Source: Parcubacteria bacterium RAAC4_OD1_1 (GTDB taxonomy: Bacteria; Patescibacteriota; Minisyncoccia; Phycocordibacterales; UBA9973). Taken from it: 64,000 nucleotides of DNA. Both the position numbers and the translations under genes were made by a program. Location of the stretch: positions 385 through 64,384 of the forward strand of contig AWSN01000001.1 of NCBI GenBank assembly GCA_000505065.1, written 5' to 3'. The notes beneath the pieces were generated by a model, which did no database searches, had not been told where the DNA came from, and was given only the letters and a program-made list of their open reading frames with translations. This document shows, piece after piece, positions 39,301 to 50,500 of the stretch; the first letter of the stretch is position 1; every line of letters starts with the position of its first letter.

Positions 39301-42300
39301 ACTTACATTACACTGCAAACCAAGCTTCTGGGTGGACGGCATATACACCAATTTATATTAAAGGAACGATAACTTCTAGTGGAAATTTCTTACTAGCTGG
39401 AGCTGGAACTGTTGGCGGTACGGCTTTCTTAACTCAAACTCTTCCGACTACAGAAGATGGATTTGTTTATATGCTTTTGGGTCATACTTACAATACAACC
39501 ACTGCCTTTAGATTGACAACCAGCCATCCGATTTATGAATATAAAGGAGGAAAATTAAGACCATATACAAATGAAGCAGATACGTTAGATAGTGTCCTTG
39601 TAAGAGGAGCAACAACAGATGAGACCCCAACATTTTCAAATGCAACTTATTCAGCATTGTTTACGGGGGGAAATGTCGGGATTGGGACGGCGACACCAGG
39701 GGCGAAATTGCACATATCATCTGCAAGTGATAGTGATATTTTACTTGAAACGACAGGTACGAGCACAGGAGCAAGATTAAGATTAAAAAATTCTGCGAGT
39801 GAGTGGTATTTATACAACAATCAAGCAAATGGAATTTTGAAGTTTTATGCTGGAGCAGATAAATGGACTTTGGATACGAGTGGTAATGTTATACAAACAG
39901 GAAATTTGATAGTTCAGGGAACTGGGAACACAACAATAGCTGGCTCCGTCGGGATAGGCACCACCACTCCCACCGCTGTACTTCACCTAAAAGCTGGAAC
40001 TGCGACCGCAGGCACTGCTCCACTTAAATTAACAAGTGGAATAAACTTAACAACACCAGAAGCAGGAGCAATGGAATACAATGGAACAAGTCTATTCTTC
40101 TCTCCATCTACAACAAGATATCAAATACCATTTGCAACAGGAACAAATACAATATTCTTCACAACAACAGGAGCAACTAATGTCACACTTCCTACAACAG
40201 GAACACTTGCAACAACTGCAAATATTCCTACCGCTGCTAACCCATCAGCTACAATCGGACTCACAGCTGTAAATGGATCCGCTACAACATTTATGCGTTC
40301 TGATTCTGCTCCAGCTCTATCTCAAGCAATCGTTCCTACATGGACAGGAATACATACATTTAGTGCAATCCCTGCCTTCAACGGAGGAACATCTGGCTCC
40401 ACTGCTCCATTTAGTGTTGATTCAAATACTTTAGTTTCAAATTTGAATGCTGATTTGTTGGATGGACATGATACTGCATACTTCCAAACAGCACTTACGA
40501 ATCCTGTCACAGGGACGGGGACACTAAATTATGTTCCAAAGTTTACAGCTACAGGAACTACAATAGGCAACTCCTTAATTTTTGATAATGGAACGAATGT
40601 GGGGATTGGGACGACGACATTAACTGAAAAATTAACCATATCAGGAAATATAGATTTACCCGCTACTAATAATTGGAGGTATATTAAAAATTCTGCAACT
40701 AATGGTGGGCTTAGAATTGGTACAGGTAATAGTTCGGGGGTCTATACAGATGGTATAGAGGTTAGTTCTGGTGGCAGTTATGTTAAATTAAATCATAATA
40801 CGACAGTTACTGGAAATTTATATACTACAGGCAACGTCGGCATAGGGACGACGGCACCATTGAGTGCTCTAAATGTTGCAGGACTCACAGGAATTAATTG
40901 GGTAACTGCGGGCAATTCATATGGACTTGTTACTATTGGTACGCAAGGCACAATGGGAGGTGCTTTGTGGGTCAATACACCATCACTAAACGCCAGTAAT
41001 GCATCAGGTTTGGGAATAACTGGTTCATATGATGCCTCAAAAGTTTCTGTAGTTAATGTTAATGCGTATGGAGTGTATGCTGCTACCTACGGCTCAGCAT
41101 TAGCATTTTCAACTTCTAACGGAACTGCTTTGTCAGAGTGGATGAGAATTGATAAAAACGGCAACGTCGGGATTGGGACGACAAACCCATCAGCAAGATT
41201 AACTATTCAAACTGCGAATGCATCTTCTACTGGTGGTATTCGATTATTAGGAATAACTACTCCTACTGATATAAGTTATTGGGGGGAAACAGAATTGGCG
41301 ATGCAGTATGGTGGTGTTTATAAAAATGTAATTAATAATAATGGGGTTTCTTATTTTAATGGAGGTAACGTAGGAATTGGAACGACCTCACCAACAGCAG
41401 CTCTTCATTTAAAAGCCGGCACCGCCACCGTAGGCACTGCACCACTTAAACTAACCGCAGGTACAAACCTCACTACCGCTGAAGCAGGGGCAATGGAATA
41501 CGATGGGACAGATTTATTCTTTACTCCATCTACAACTAGAGAAACAGTAGCATTTATGAGCGATCTAACATCTGGGTATATCCCTTACACAGGAGGAACT
41601 TCAAATGTAGATTTAGGAGCTCATAATCTTACAGTAGATACAAATACATTATTTGTAGATAGTGTGAATCATAGGGTGGGGGTGGGGACTACTTCACCTG
41701 CTTACAAACTTGATGTGAATGGAGTTATGAGATTATCAACAACCACAGGTGATGTCTTTAGACTAGAAGGAAGCACCACTAATGGATATACAGATTTATT
41801 ATTTACTGGTAATGGAAATAATAATTATATATATAGTTTTGGTAGTTCTTATACTACAAATGGTAGATATGTTGGTGGCTCACAACTTATTGATGCTACT
41901 GGTTCTGGTGGTTTAGGTTTGGCAGCTTCAGCAACAGCAGGGACTATAAGATTTTATACTAATGCAAATAATGAGAGAATGAGGATAGATTCTTCTGGCA
42001 ACGTTGGTATTGGGACTACAACGCCAGACGGAAAATTAAACATAAGTAATGGTAGTATGAATACTTCTCGTGAGTCTGTAAACCATTATAGAGATGTAAT
42101 ACATTATAGTGGTGCTGCTTCTGTTACAGGAACGATGCAGATTACTATGCCATCAACAAAATTATGGTCTAATACAATGATGACAGTAACTATTAAGGGG
42201 TATAATTATAGTGCCCATGGAGCATGGGAAGCTGTTATTTCTGGATACAATTATAGCTCTACTTCACAGTGGTATAATTATACCGCTGAAATTAAAGGTA

Positions 42301-45300
42301 AAGCTCCATTTACTTCTATTAGACTTGCAAGTAATGGCACGAGTAATGTTATTTTACTTGGCACAACAACTACAGTTTGGGTTTATCCAAAAATAGAAGT
42401 CACTGATGTGATTACAGGCTATAGTAGTAATACAGGTTGGGGAGAAGGTTGGTCTATTACTCCAATTATAGATGAAGCTGCAATTGTAAATGCTGTTACT
42501 CCAACTATTCCGTATTTCTTAAATAATGTAGGCAATCTTGGGATTGGAACGACGACGCCGGGTACAAAACTTGATGTTGTGGGTGGTGCAATACGAACAG
42601 ACAATCAATTAATTTCTACAATTGTTACGGGGACATCTCCACTTTCTGTTGCTTCAACAACTTTAGTTTCTAATTTGAATGCAGATTTGTTGGATGGATT
42701 GCATGCTTCATCGTTTGTTACTTCTAGTAGTATTTCAGGAACACAAAATTATGTTTCTAAATTTAATGCCGCAGGGACGGGAGTAGTTAATTCACAGATT
42801 TTTGATAATGGAACGAATGTGGGGATTGGGACGACCAATCCTGATAGTTTTCTTGATGTAAGTGGTAGTGCTTCGGGAGGTAAAAGTCTTAGATTAAGAA
42901 GTGGTGATTCAGCAGGTACTCCTGCAGATTCTACTCAAATTCTTTTTTCTTATGGAGGAACTAATGAGTATTCTCATAATATAAGAACAAGACATGACTC
43001 TGGAGCTGCGGCTAACAATGCAATCGATTTTTATACATGGAATTATGGAGTAGATACATCTACTACAACAGGAACAAAACACATAATGACATTAGGTGGA
43101 ACAGGTAATGTCGGGATTGGGACGACGAGTCCACAGGCAAAATTGCACGTTTCAGGGAATTCATTTTTAGGTACATATTATGCAAACAATACAGCTATTA
43201 CTGATGCAGAAGTTATTACTGCTGGAGAAAATAAAATACTTAGTAATTTAACAAGAGGTAACTTAGATATAACAATGACATCTGTTCTTAATCCTGCTCC
43301 TGACTATGGTGCTTCTTTAACTTTTACTACTAATGCAGGTAATTATGGTACCGGTTATTATTATGTTGGTGGAGCTATTAAAACAGGTAGAACGAGTGGT
43401 GCTAATCAAAACCAAGCGCAATACATGTCGTTTTATACTAATAATGGTACTTCTTTGAGTGAAAAATTAAGAATTACACATGATGGCAACGTCGGAATTG
43501 GGACGACAAGTCCAGAAAGTATTTTACATCTTAGTAAGAGTGCCGCTGGCACATCAGGTCCTATTTTATTCTTAGATAATCCTTCTGCTTCTACTCTTGG
43601 TAGTTCTAGTGATATTAATTTTGCAACTTGGTCTGGAGAGTCTGCTACTACACCTGGAGCAAAAATAAGTTTAGTTAACACAGCGGCTGGAAGTGGTGCT
43701 AATGCTTTTACTTTTTATACTAAAAATACAAGTGGAGTTGTCGCAGAAAGAGTTAGGTTTGATTCACAGGGTAATGTCGGAATTGGAACGACGGGGCCGG
43801 GTACAAAACTTGATGTTGTGGGTGGTGCAATACGAACAGACAATCAATTAATTTCTACAATTGCTACGGGGACATCTCCACTTTCTGTTGCTTCAACAAC
43901 TTTAGTTTCTAATTTGAATGCTGATTTGTTGGATGGGATTAGTTCTACAAGTTTATTTAATAATATGGGACAAAATCATTCAGCACAAACAGATTTTAAT
44001 TCTATAACAGATTTTGGTACAAGATTTGTACAAGGTATTACAAATGGACCAGGGACAGGTTCATCACAATTTTATAGTTTGAATCTTGGCTTGGGAAATG
44101 ATTATGCATTTAGTTCATATGCAATGCAAATTTCAATTCCTAGATATACTGGAACTGATAAATATATATCATTTAGAACAAGAGAAGCTGGAGTATGGGG
44201 AACTTGGTCAAAAATAAGTGCAGGATATGCAGATACAGCAGGAAATGCAGATACTGTGGATGGATTACATGCGAGTGCATTCCAAACAGCACTTACGAAT
44301 CCTGTCACAGGGACGGGGACATTAAATTATATTCCAAAGTTTACAGCTACAGGATCTACAATAGGCAACTCCTTAATTTTTGATAATGGAACGAATGTGG
44401 GGATTGGCACAGCAACACCTAATCAACAACTTGAAATTACTAAAAACTTTAGATTGCCCGCCACCACTTATAATGCTGGTTCTCCCTATGGAATAATTTA
44501 TAAAGATGGGAATAGGTTTATTCACGACTTTAATTACGGAAATAATGGGACAGTGACGACTGCTGGACAGAATACTTTTATAGGTGTTAATGCTGGGAAT
44601 TTGACTATGGGTAGTACTGCTACATCAGTTTCCCATTCGTCATATAATACAGCGGTAGGTTATGTTTCTCTCTATTCCAACACCACAGGATACGCTAACT
44701 CTGCTATGGGGCATTATTCTCTTTTTGCTAATACCACAGGATACGCTAACTCTGCACAGGGGGTTAATTCTCTCTACTCCAACACTGGAGGATACAATAA
44801 CTCTGCTGTGGGATATTATTCTCTCTATTCCAACACTACAGGAAACCACAACTCCGCAATGGGTGTTAATTCTCTCTACTCCAATACTACAGGCTGGTAC
44901 AACTCAGCATTAGGTTATCAAGCAGGAAGATATATTGCTGATGGAACAACAGGTAGAACTACAGGTAACAACGGACTATATCTCGGATACAATTCTAAAG
45001 CTAGTGCAGATGGGACAACTAATGAAATAGTGATAGGGTATAATACTATAGGTGCTGGAAGTAATACCGCTGTCTATGGTAATACTTCAATGACTAAGCA
45101 TATATTTAGTAATGGTAACGTCGGTATTGGGACGACAAGTCCGGGGGCTATTTTATCTTTAGGTAGTTCTGCTGCTTATCAAAAGCTTTTAGTTTTTGAA
45201 TCTGGAAATACAAAAGCTGGCTTCGGACTTACTCCAACTGGAGATTTTAGATCTTTTACTCCAACAGGGACTACTTTGTCTTTTGGTCATATGTCTACTA

Positions 45301-47501
45301 CTGACGGTTCTACTTATTCAGAAAATATGAGTATTAATTCTTCTGGAAAAATTTTAATGGGTGCAACTTCCGACGCTTCAACATCTAGATTATATGTTTC
45401 AGGATCTACTACTTCAAATGGATCAACGACTGCTATTGCGGGTATCTTGGGAGATTATTCATTAAGTAATGGTGGAGGAGCAAGCTATGTACAAGTTGGT
45501 AATAGATTTGTTATCACAAATAGTCCTACTACAAATCCAAATACTGCTGTTGGAGAAATTGTAAGAATGGTAGACAATACAACTCTTGCAAATTTAGTTA
45601 GAGGTCTTGATATTACATCTAATGGAGGTACGAATACTGCAGGGACAAATACAGGACTCCGTGCAAGTGGTGCAACATTTGGTATCCAAGGTGTGACCAC
45701 AGCTCTCGCTGGAGGGGTGTCAGTACCTGCTGCTATTTATGGAGAAAGTACAGGAACAACCCAAGGAGATATCCTTAGACTTTATTCAGATACTGTGACA
45801 TCTGCTCCTTCTTTTGCAACATTCTACCATAATACAAGTACATTTACGGGGACTGGTCTCCTTATGGATTTTGCAACAGGTTCAGGATCGTTTACTGGAA
45901 ATTTTGCGGATTTTCAGAAGAATAATGCATCCTTATTTAAGGTCACCAATACGGGTGTTGTAAGTATGGGTCTTAGTGCTACTTCTTCTACAACAGCAGT
46001 ATGTTCTAGTTTGGCTACTTCTACTTCTCCAACTGCAGGAATTGCTTATGAAATCCGTGATTGTAGTGGAACCCCTGTCGCTGACTATGCCGAGATGTAC
46101 CCAGTTGAAGAAGATGTAACTTATGGAGATATAGTTATAGCAGGAAGTGAGATGATAAATACTTATGATACTACAAATGGAGAAATAGACTGGGATAAAG
46201 TAAAAGCAAAAATTCCTAAATTAAAGAAATCAAGTAAAGCTTATGATAGAAAGGTTGTGGGAGTGGTGTCAGATAACTATGGGGATTTTAGTTCGGTGGG
46301 TTATAACCTAAAAGATGAAGACAATCCTAAACCAATAGCGCTTAATGGGCGTGTGCCTGTAAAGATTTCTCCAAATTCTTCTTCTATACAAATAGGGGAT
46401 TATATTACTACTTCTAATGATATAGGTAAAGGAATGAAGGCTATAAAGGCAGGCTTTGTGATAGGTAAAGCACTTGAATCTTGGGATAATTCAAATCCTA
46501 CAGAAACAATTATGATATATGTAGAGCAGGGATATTATAATGGTGAATCTATTTCTGATTTTCTTGGAATTGTTATAAATGAATCTCCTGTTGATACTGA
46601 AAATATTGAAGTCACCGAAGATGATTCATCTATACTTATTTTAGACAAGCTTCTTTCTTATAAAGAAGAAATAGATACAGAAAATTTATCAGAAATATTT
46701 ATGGACAGACTTGTCGCTGGACTTGAAATAATAACTCCTCGTGTAGTTACAAATAACCTTTATATTAAAGAGGAATTTACAATAGATGGTTTATCTTTCT
46801 TTAATGGAGATTCCACTTTTGCAAATAGTGTCTTGTTTAAAGATATTGTTTCTTTTGAAGTTCCTCCATTATTCAATAAAGATACAGCTGGGTTTGCTAT
46901 TATAAGAGAAGGAGCCTCCCGTGTGAGAATCACTTTTGAAAACTCATATGTTTCTACACCAGTTGTGACATCTTCTGTTTCATATGAAGGAGAAGAAGGT
47001 AATAGCGAGATAGATACAAATTTATTCTTTGAAGAAGATATAAAATACGTTATAACAGAAAAAAGTCAGGACGGATTTACTATTGTCCTTAACAAAGAAG
47101 CTCCATTTGATGTAAAATTCTCTTGGATAGCACTCTCTGTTAAAGATTCAAATATTTTTGAAGGATTAATTGGAGGAATTGAATTTGATAATATATCAAA
47201 TGTAAATAATATTGAAGAACCTAATATATCTTTAGATGGAGAAGTTGCAGGAGAAATAATAACTGAGAATTTATCTGAAAATACTACAGGGGAAGTTTTA
47301 AATGAAGAAGTAATTATTGAAACGATAGAAGAATCATCAATGACAGAAGAACCTATGGTAAATATAAATGAGGAAGTTATAATAGAAGAAGGTGGAACAA
47401 TAAACGAAGTTGTACCTACTGAGACAGATACAAGTATAGATACAAGTACAGATACAAATACAAGTACAGATACTACTAGTCAAGAAGAAGTTGTAATTTA
47501 A
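36369..47501 (+). CDS. giant (about 3,710 aa) secreted/anchored repeat protein, tail-fiber/trimeric-adhesin-like
   Basis: N-terminal TM anchor. About 20 copies of G(N/S)VGIGTTxPxxxLxV. Four copies of a roughly 55-aa unit AVLHLKAGTATAGTAPLKLTSGVNLTTGEAGAMEYDG..LFFTPSxTTRET. 15-aa YadA-head/phage-fiber-like repeats (YSNTTGYANSAMG...) at about 44640-44900. Acidic C-terminus. The track start (36360) is TTG, so ATG 36369 is used. Confidence 0.8.
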   Translation: MFKKDNKLKEKISKILPRFSVHYVAYSVSFLFVVFSIIHIVSATTPNPGHPWSELGDGVFSVTYNQTAPRTYTFPDANATVLTTNAPVTVAQGGTGLTTIASGSILGANLANTLSAITSTTGTKVLTNTDGTISWENEPDSMVYPSAGIAVSTGSAWGTSITSSSLLISNISDEVGTGYLVFNDSPSFTTKITTPLILGGTSTTQDLSFQTTSGIGATGADMHFKVGNNGATEAMTILNNGYVGIGTTGPSDKLSVIGGNIAIDASSKIYNGSAADSAGIRFPSSVTDIAGYNGIIFRSSTVGIASQTERMRITNTGSVGIGTTAPTAVLHLKAGTATAGTAPLKLTSGVNLTTGEAGAMEYDGVELYFTPSGTTRETIAYLSDLTSGLTGYVPYTGATTNVDLGVHNLTVDTNTLFVDSVNHRVGVGTTTPTYLLTLKSPASNTISFSLEKTGATTTPALTAYEGSSTQGVMNFYDNGSAIGAKIQGYGDSYFNGGNVGIGTTSPFSPASINKVLNIYKDTGSVGLNLSVGLEDYEIANVAGDLWFIDDNSTKIVVKNTSGNLLINTTTDNGVDKLQVNGSLSTVGNVRVNKRTDAYRYVDIYSDNVYGYIQVKRGDTDAVRELILQPSGSSVGIGTTSPTAVLHLKAGTATAGTAPLKLTSGVNLTTGEAGAMEYDGTDLFFTPSTTRETVAFLSDITASAHNPVTLGTANGLSLSTQQLSLALASTSTTGALSSTDWNTFNNKQATLVSGTNIKTINSASLLGSGDIALQTPLVADTDYLTPGTASSTYALATNGTYYIEGTGTVAGTWLGSHPNITSYYDGLTVRYYTPIAGAATTTLNINSLGAKTIYYAGATKLTTHYPALSVITLTYSATQNGGSWFVQPFYADGNESYTVRWSSTLQAGAPIYDYKLVMFGASDGKVYPLTLETGTATTKTVSSVEFNPMSPVLYYGSTTDIALDGTSASYWYEGVTSANLHYTANQASGWTAYTPIYIKGTITSSGNFLLAGAGTVGGTAFLTQTLPTTEDGFVYMLLGHTYNTTTAFRLTTSHPIYEYKGGKLRPYTNEADTLDSVLVRGATTDETPTFSNATYSALFTGGNVGIGTATPGAKLHISSASDSDILLETTGTSTGARLRLKNSASEWYLYNNQANGILKFYAGADKWTLDTSGNVIQTGNLIVQGTGNTTIAGSVGIGTTTPTAVLHLKAGTATAGTAPLKLTSGINLTTPEAGAMEYNGTSLFFSPSTTRYQIPFATGTNTIFFTTTGATNVTLPTTGTLATTANIPTAANPSATIGLTAVNGSATTFMRSDSAPALSQAIVPTWTGIHTFSAIPAFNGGTSGSTAPFSVDSNTLVSNLNADLLDGHDTAYFQTALTNPVTGTGTLNYVPKFTATGTTIGNSLIFDNGTNVGIGTTTLTEKLTISGNIDLPATNNWRYIKNSATNGGLRIGTGNSSGVYTDGIEVSSGGSYVKLNHNTTVTGNLYTTGNVGIGTTAPLSALNVAGLTGINWVTAGNSYGLVTIGTQGTMGGALWVNTPSLNASNASGLGITGSYDASKVSVVNVNAYGVYAATYGSALAFSTSNGTALSEWMRIDKNGNVGIGTTNPSARLTIQTANASSTGGIRLLGITTPTDISYWGETELAMQYGGVYKNVINNNGVSYFNGGNVGIGTTSPTAALHLKAGTATVGTAPLKLTAGTNLTTAEAGAMEYDGTDLFFTPSTTRETVAFMSDLTSGYIPYTGGTSNVDLGAHNLTVDTNTLFVDSVNHRVGVGTTSPAYKLDVNGVMRLSTTTGDVFRLEGSTTNGYTDLLFTGNGNNNYIYSFGSSYTTNGRYVGGSQLIDATGSGGLGLAASATAGTIRFYTNANNERMRIDSSGNVGIGTTTPDGKLNISNGSMNTSRESVNHYRDVIHYSGAASVTGTMQITMPSTKLWSNTMMTVTIKGYNYSAHGAWEAVISGYNYSSTSQWYNYTAEIKGKAPFTSIRLASNGTSNVILLGTTTTVWVYPKIEVTDVITGYSSNTGWGEGWSITPIIDEAAIVNAVTPTIPYFLNNVGNLGIGTTTPGTKLDVVGGAIRTDNQLISTIVTGTSPLSVASTTLVSNLNADLLDGLHASSFVTSSSISGTQNYVSKFNAAGTGVVNSQIFDNGTNVGIGTTNPDSFLDVSGSASGGKSLRLRSGDSAGTPADSTQILFSYGGTNEYSHNIRTRHDSGAAANNAIDFYTWNYGVDTSTTTGTKHIMTLGGTGNVGIGTTSPQAKLHVSGNSFLGTYYANNTAITDAEVITAGENKILSNLTRGNLDITMTSVLNPAPDYGASLTFTTNAGNYGTGYYYVGGAIKTGRTSGANQNQAQYMSFYTNNGTSLSEKLRITHDGNVGIGTTSPESILHLSKSAAGTSGPILFLDNPSASTLGSSSDINFATWSGESATTPGAKISLVNTAAGSGANAFTFYTKNTSGVVAERVRFDSQGNVGIGTTGPGTKLDVVGGAIRTDNQLISTIATGTSPLSVASTTLVSNLNADLLDGISSTSLFNNMGQNHSAQTDFNSITDFGTRFVQGITNGPGTGSSQFYSLNLGLGNDYAFSSYAMQISIPRYTGTDKYISFRTREAGVWGTWSKISAGYADTAGNADTVDGLHASAFQTALTNPVTGTGTLNYIPKFTATGSTIGNSLIFDNGTNVGIGTATPNQQLEITKNFRLPATTYNAGSPYGIIYKDGNRFIHDFNYGNNGTVTTAGQNTFIGVNAGNLTMGSTATSVSHSSYNTAVGYVSLYSNTTGYANSAMGHYSLFANTTGYANSAQGVNSLYSNTGGYNNSAVGYYSLYSNTTGNHNSAMGVNSLYSNTTGWYNSALGYQAGRYIADGTTGRTTGNNGLYLGYNSKASADGTTNEIVIGYNTIGAGSNTAVYGNTSMTKHIFSNGNVGIGTTSPGAILSLGSSAAYQKLLVFESGNTKAGFGLTPTGDFRSFTPTGTTLSFGHMSTTDGSTYSENMSINSSGKILMGATSDASTSRLYVSGSTTSNGSTTAIAGILGDYSLSNGGGASYVQVGNRFVITNSPTTNPNTAVGEIVRMVDNTTLANLVRGLDITSNGGTNTAGTNTGLRASGATFGIQGVTTALAGGVSVPAAIYGESTGTTQGDILRLYSDTVTSAPSFATFYHNTSTFTGTGLLMDFATGSGSFTGNFADFQKNNASLFKVTNTGVVSMGLSATSSTTAVCSSLATSTSPTAGIAYEIRDCSGTPVADYAEMYPVEEDVTYGDIVIAGSEMINTYDTTNGEIDWDKVKAKIPKLKKSSKAYDRKVVGVVSDNYGDFSSVGYNLKDEDNPKPIALNGRVPVKISPNSSSIQIGDYITTSNDIGKGMKAIKAGFVIGKALESWDNSNPTETIMIYVEQGYYNGESISDFLGIVINESPVDTENIEVTEDDSSILILDKLLSYKEEIDTENLSEIFMDRLVAGLEIITPRVVTNNLYIKEEFTIDGLSFFNGDSTFANSVLFKDIVSFEVPPLFNKDTAGFAIIREGASRVRITFENSYVSTPVVTSSVSYEGEEGNSEIDTNLFFEEDIKYVITEKSQDGFTIVLNKEAPFDVKFSWIALSVKDSNIFEGLIGGIEFDNISNVNNIEEPNISLDGEVAGEIITENLSENTTGEVLNEEVIIETIEESSMTEEPMVNINEEVIIEEGGTINEVVPTETDTSIDTSTDTNTSTDTTSQEEVVI

Positions 47502-47558
47502 TTATTAGAATAATTTATATAATTCCTATTTTGATGTTGGTATAGTATAATCATAAAT

Positions 47559-50500
47559 ATGTTTTATCAGAATAAAAAATTAAAAAGAAAAATATTTAAA
47601 AATATAAAAATTGGTATTTTTGTATTTTCTTTTATGTTTACTTCTTTGTTTTCTTATTTACCTAATTTAAATACAAATGAAGTAAAAGTTGCCGAAGCTT
47701 ATGTAGGTACAAGAGTAAAAACTGTTGAATTCTTTGCTGGGCAGTATGCTTCTAGTACACTTGCTAATGCTGGAGTACAGAATAATTTTGAAGTACAGAA
47801 TGTAGAAATATCAGAAACTAATGTAGATATTATAAATTCTTATATTGAATTTTCTGCTCAAGTAGGGGCCAATGCTTCTACTACCATTACAGAAGGACTT
47901 CTTTATTTTAGTGCTTGTGCTGGTACTTCTTGTACACCTGCTACTCCTGCTATGGTTATGAACACAGCAGGTTTAGGGACAAGTACAGGAGAGTCTCAAA
48001 CAATAAGACTTCGAACTAATATTGCTACTGCTGGTACTGATACGGATATTTTTTCTACTTTCACAGGAGGGGCTTTTTCTTTTCAAGTTGGGTATTGTAT
48101 AGATGGAGCATCAGGAACTGATGGATCGACTTGTAATGGGACAGTTGCAGCTAGTATCCAAAGTGCTAATGCTAAACTTGTGACAACTTATACTTATGAT
48201 GACACATCTACATATCAAACTAATACAGTTATTTATCCACTTGAGTCTAACACCACAGGGCCTGTCGGGTCAAAGACTATAGTCCAAGCATCTTGTACTA
48301 TGGACTCAAACTGTCCTAAATTTAGTTATAATACGAACATCCCAGAATTATCATCTCAAGTATCTCAATTTTTTCATACTCAATTCTTTGGTGGATCAGT
48401 CTCAACGACAACTGATCATCAATTTCAAGCACAAGTAGATGGTAATACTTCTGGAAGTACGATGTATTTTGAGCAAGCACTTTCTGATAATGGGGGAGCC
48501 ATGGATTATCTTGTCAGTGGGCTTGATGGGTATGAGAACAATACAGCTCAACAGCTTGAAACTCGTGTGAATGGCAATGCTTATGTGCTTGGTGGAGAAA
48601 ATTATGTGACATACAAATACCCCAATAGCGCAGGAGTAAAAACAAAAACAATAGTGCTCCCAGTAGGAGAGGTGCAGACAGTCGGGTCTATTACAAAGTC
48701 ATCTCTTGTGGGTCCAACTGTAAAATTTCCTGAAACTGGAGTAAGTATCAAAAAGGCTTGGTTTAGAGTACACACTAGTGCTGGAGGGCAGACTACAGCA
48801 TCTAATTTAAATATTACAACAAAAGTAGGTTCTAATACAGAATCTTTAGCAACGGCGTACTCTATCGGCGGTACGCTTGAGGGTGTTTCTGATGATGGGT
48901 ATTTTATTCATATGATTCCTTCATCAGATTATTCCCACTTAGAAACTGCCAATATAGATACAGGAATTCCTGTCCAAATGTCGGCTCAATGGTCTACTCC
49001 ATATGGAGCAGTGTCTGGTGAACTTGTGATCACATATACTTATACAGGAGATACAAATGGATTTAATACTACACAAAGACTTTTTGCAGGTCAAAGTACA
49101 ACAACAGCATCAACAACATTTTCTGCTCCTACTGGGGCTGTTGGAGGAATTGTGGATCCATATATATATCAAGGTATAGGGAATGCATCTATCCTTGGGG
49201 TTTCTCTTAAAATGGATGGTAAAGATACATCCGCAACTGCTAATCAAACAGTGGGTGCTAATATGTCAGTTTACCCTAATGCCTGTACAAGTTCAGATAC
49301 TTTTAATTCAACCACACTTACAGATACACAAATCACAAAAGTTTCTCTCTTTAAAGAGATAACAGGTGTTGTGACAAACAACAATACAACGACTTACACA
49401 CCTTGTTATAATAGTAGTCAAGCAACTATCTTTAATGGAACAGTAGCCATAACTACGATGGTAGATTTTAGAGAAGTTGTTGCTTCTGGTGGTACTGAAA
49501 CTACAATAAATGTAGGAGGTATTGATTATAAGGTTCACACATTTCTTTCATCTGGAACTTTTACTGTCACTAGTGGTGGTGGTATTGAGTATTTGGTTGT
49601 TGGAGGAGGGGGAGGTACTGAAAATAATAATGCTGCTGTTGGTGGTGGTGGAGCTGGTGGTGTATTAACAGGATCAACTTCAACAGATGCAGGTTCTTAT
49701 TCTATAACTGTAGGAAGTGGTGGTCTTGGGTATTTTGGTGGAACACCAGGACAAGGGCAACAAGGAGGATCTAGTAGTATTGGTTCTTTAGTTGTTGCGA
49801 CAGGTGGAGGAGCATCCAATAGTTTACCAAACGGGGGATCAGGTGCTGGAGGTACTGCTTATTCATCTTCATATGGTCCTGGAGGTACTGGAATTGCAGG
49901 ACAAGGATATCCTGGTGGTGCAGCTTCGGCAACACGTAGAGCCGGTGGAGGAGGTGGTGCTTCACAAGCTGGAGGAAATTCAGGAATAAATAACTATGGT
50001 GGTGATGGTGGTGATGGAATACAAAGTAGTATAAATGGAACTGCTACATACTATGGTGGTGGAGGTGGTGGTGCTGGATATACAACTAACGGTCAGGGTG
50101 ATGGTGGTTTGGGTGGTGGTGCAAATGGATCATATGGTGCACCAACTTCAAATCAAAATGGAACTCCTAATACTGGTGGTGGAGGAGGTGGTTCAAAACT
50201 TTTTAGTTCTACTGTTAGATCTGGTTCTGGTGGTTCAGGTATTGTCATAATAAGGTATCCTATGAGTACAGAACCTTCTTTTTCTCAACTAGATTATAGA
50301 TTTTTTGAGAATGAAGATGGAAATTTTGTTTATTCATCTTTAGGAAGTCAAAATACTAATGTCTCACTTTCTCAATCTGGGGAAGACTTTAGATTAAGAA
50401 TGCTTTTAAAAATAGAAAATTATAATATGACCGTTGAAAAGAGTCACTTTAAATTACAATTTTCAGAGAAGTCTGGTTCTTGTGATACTTCTTTTGTTGG

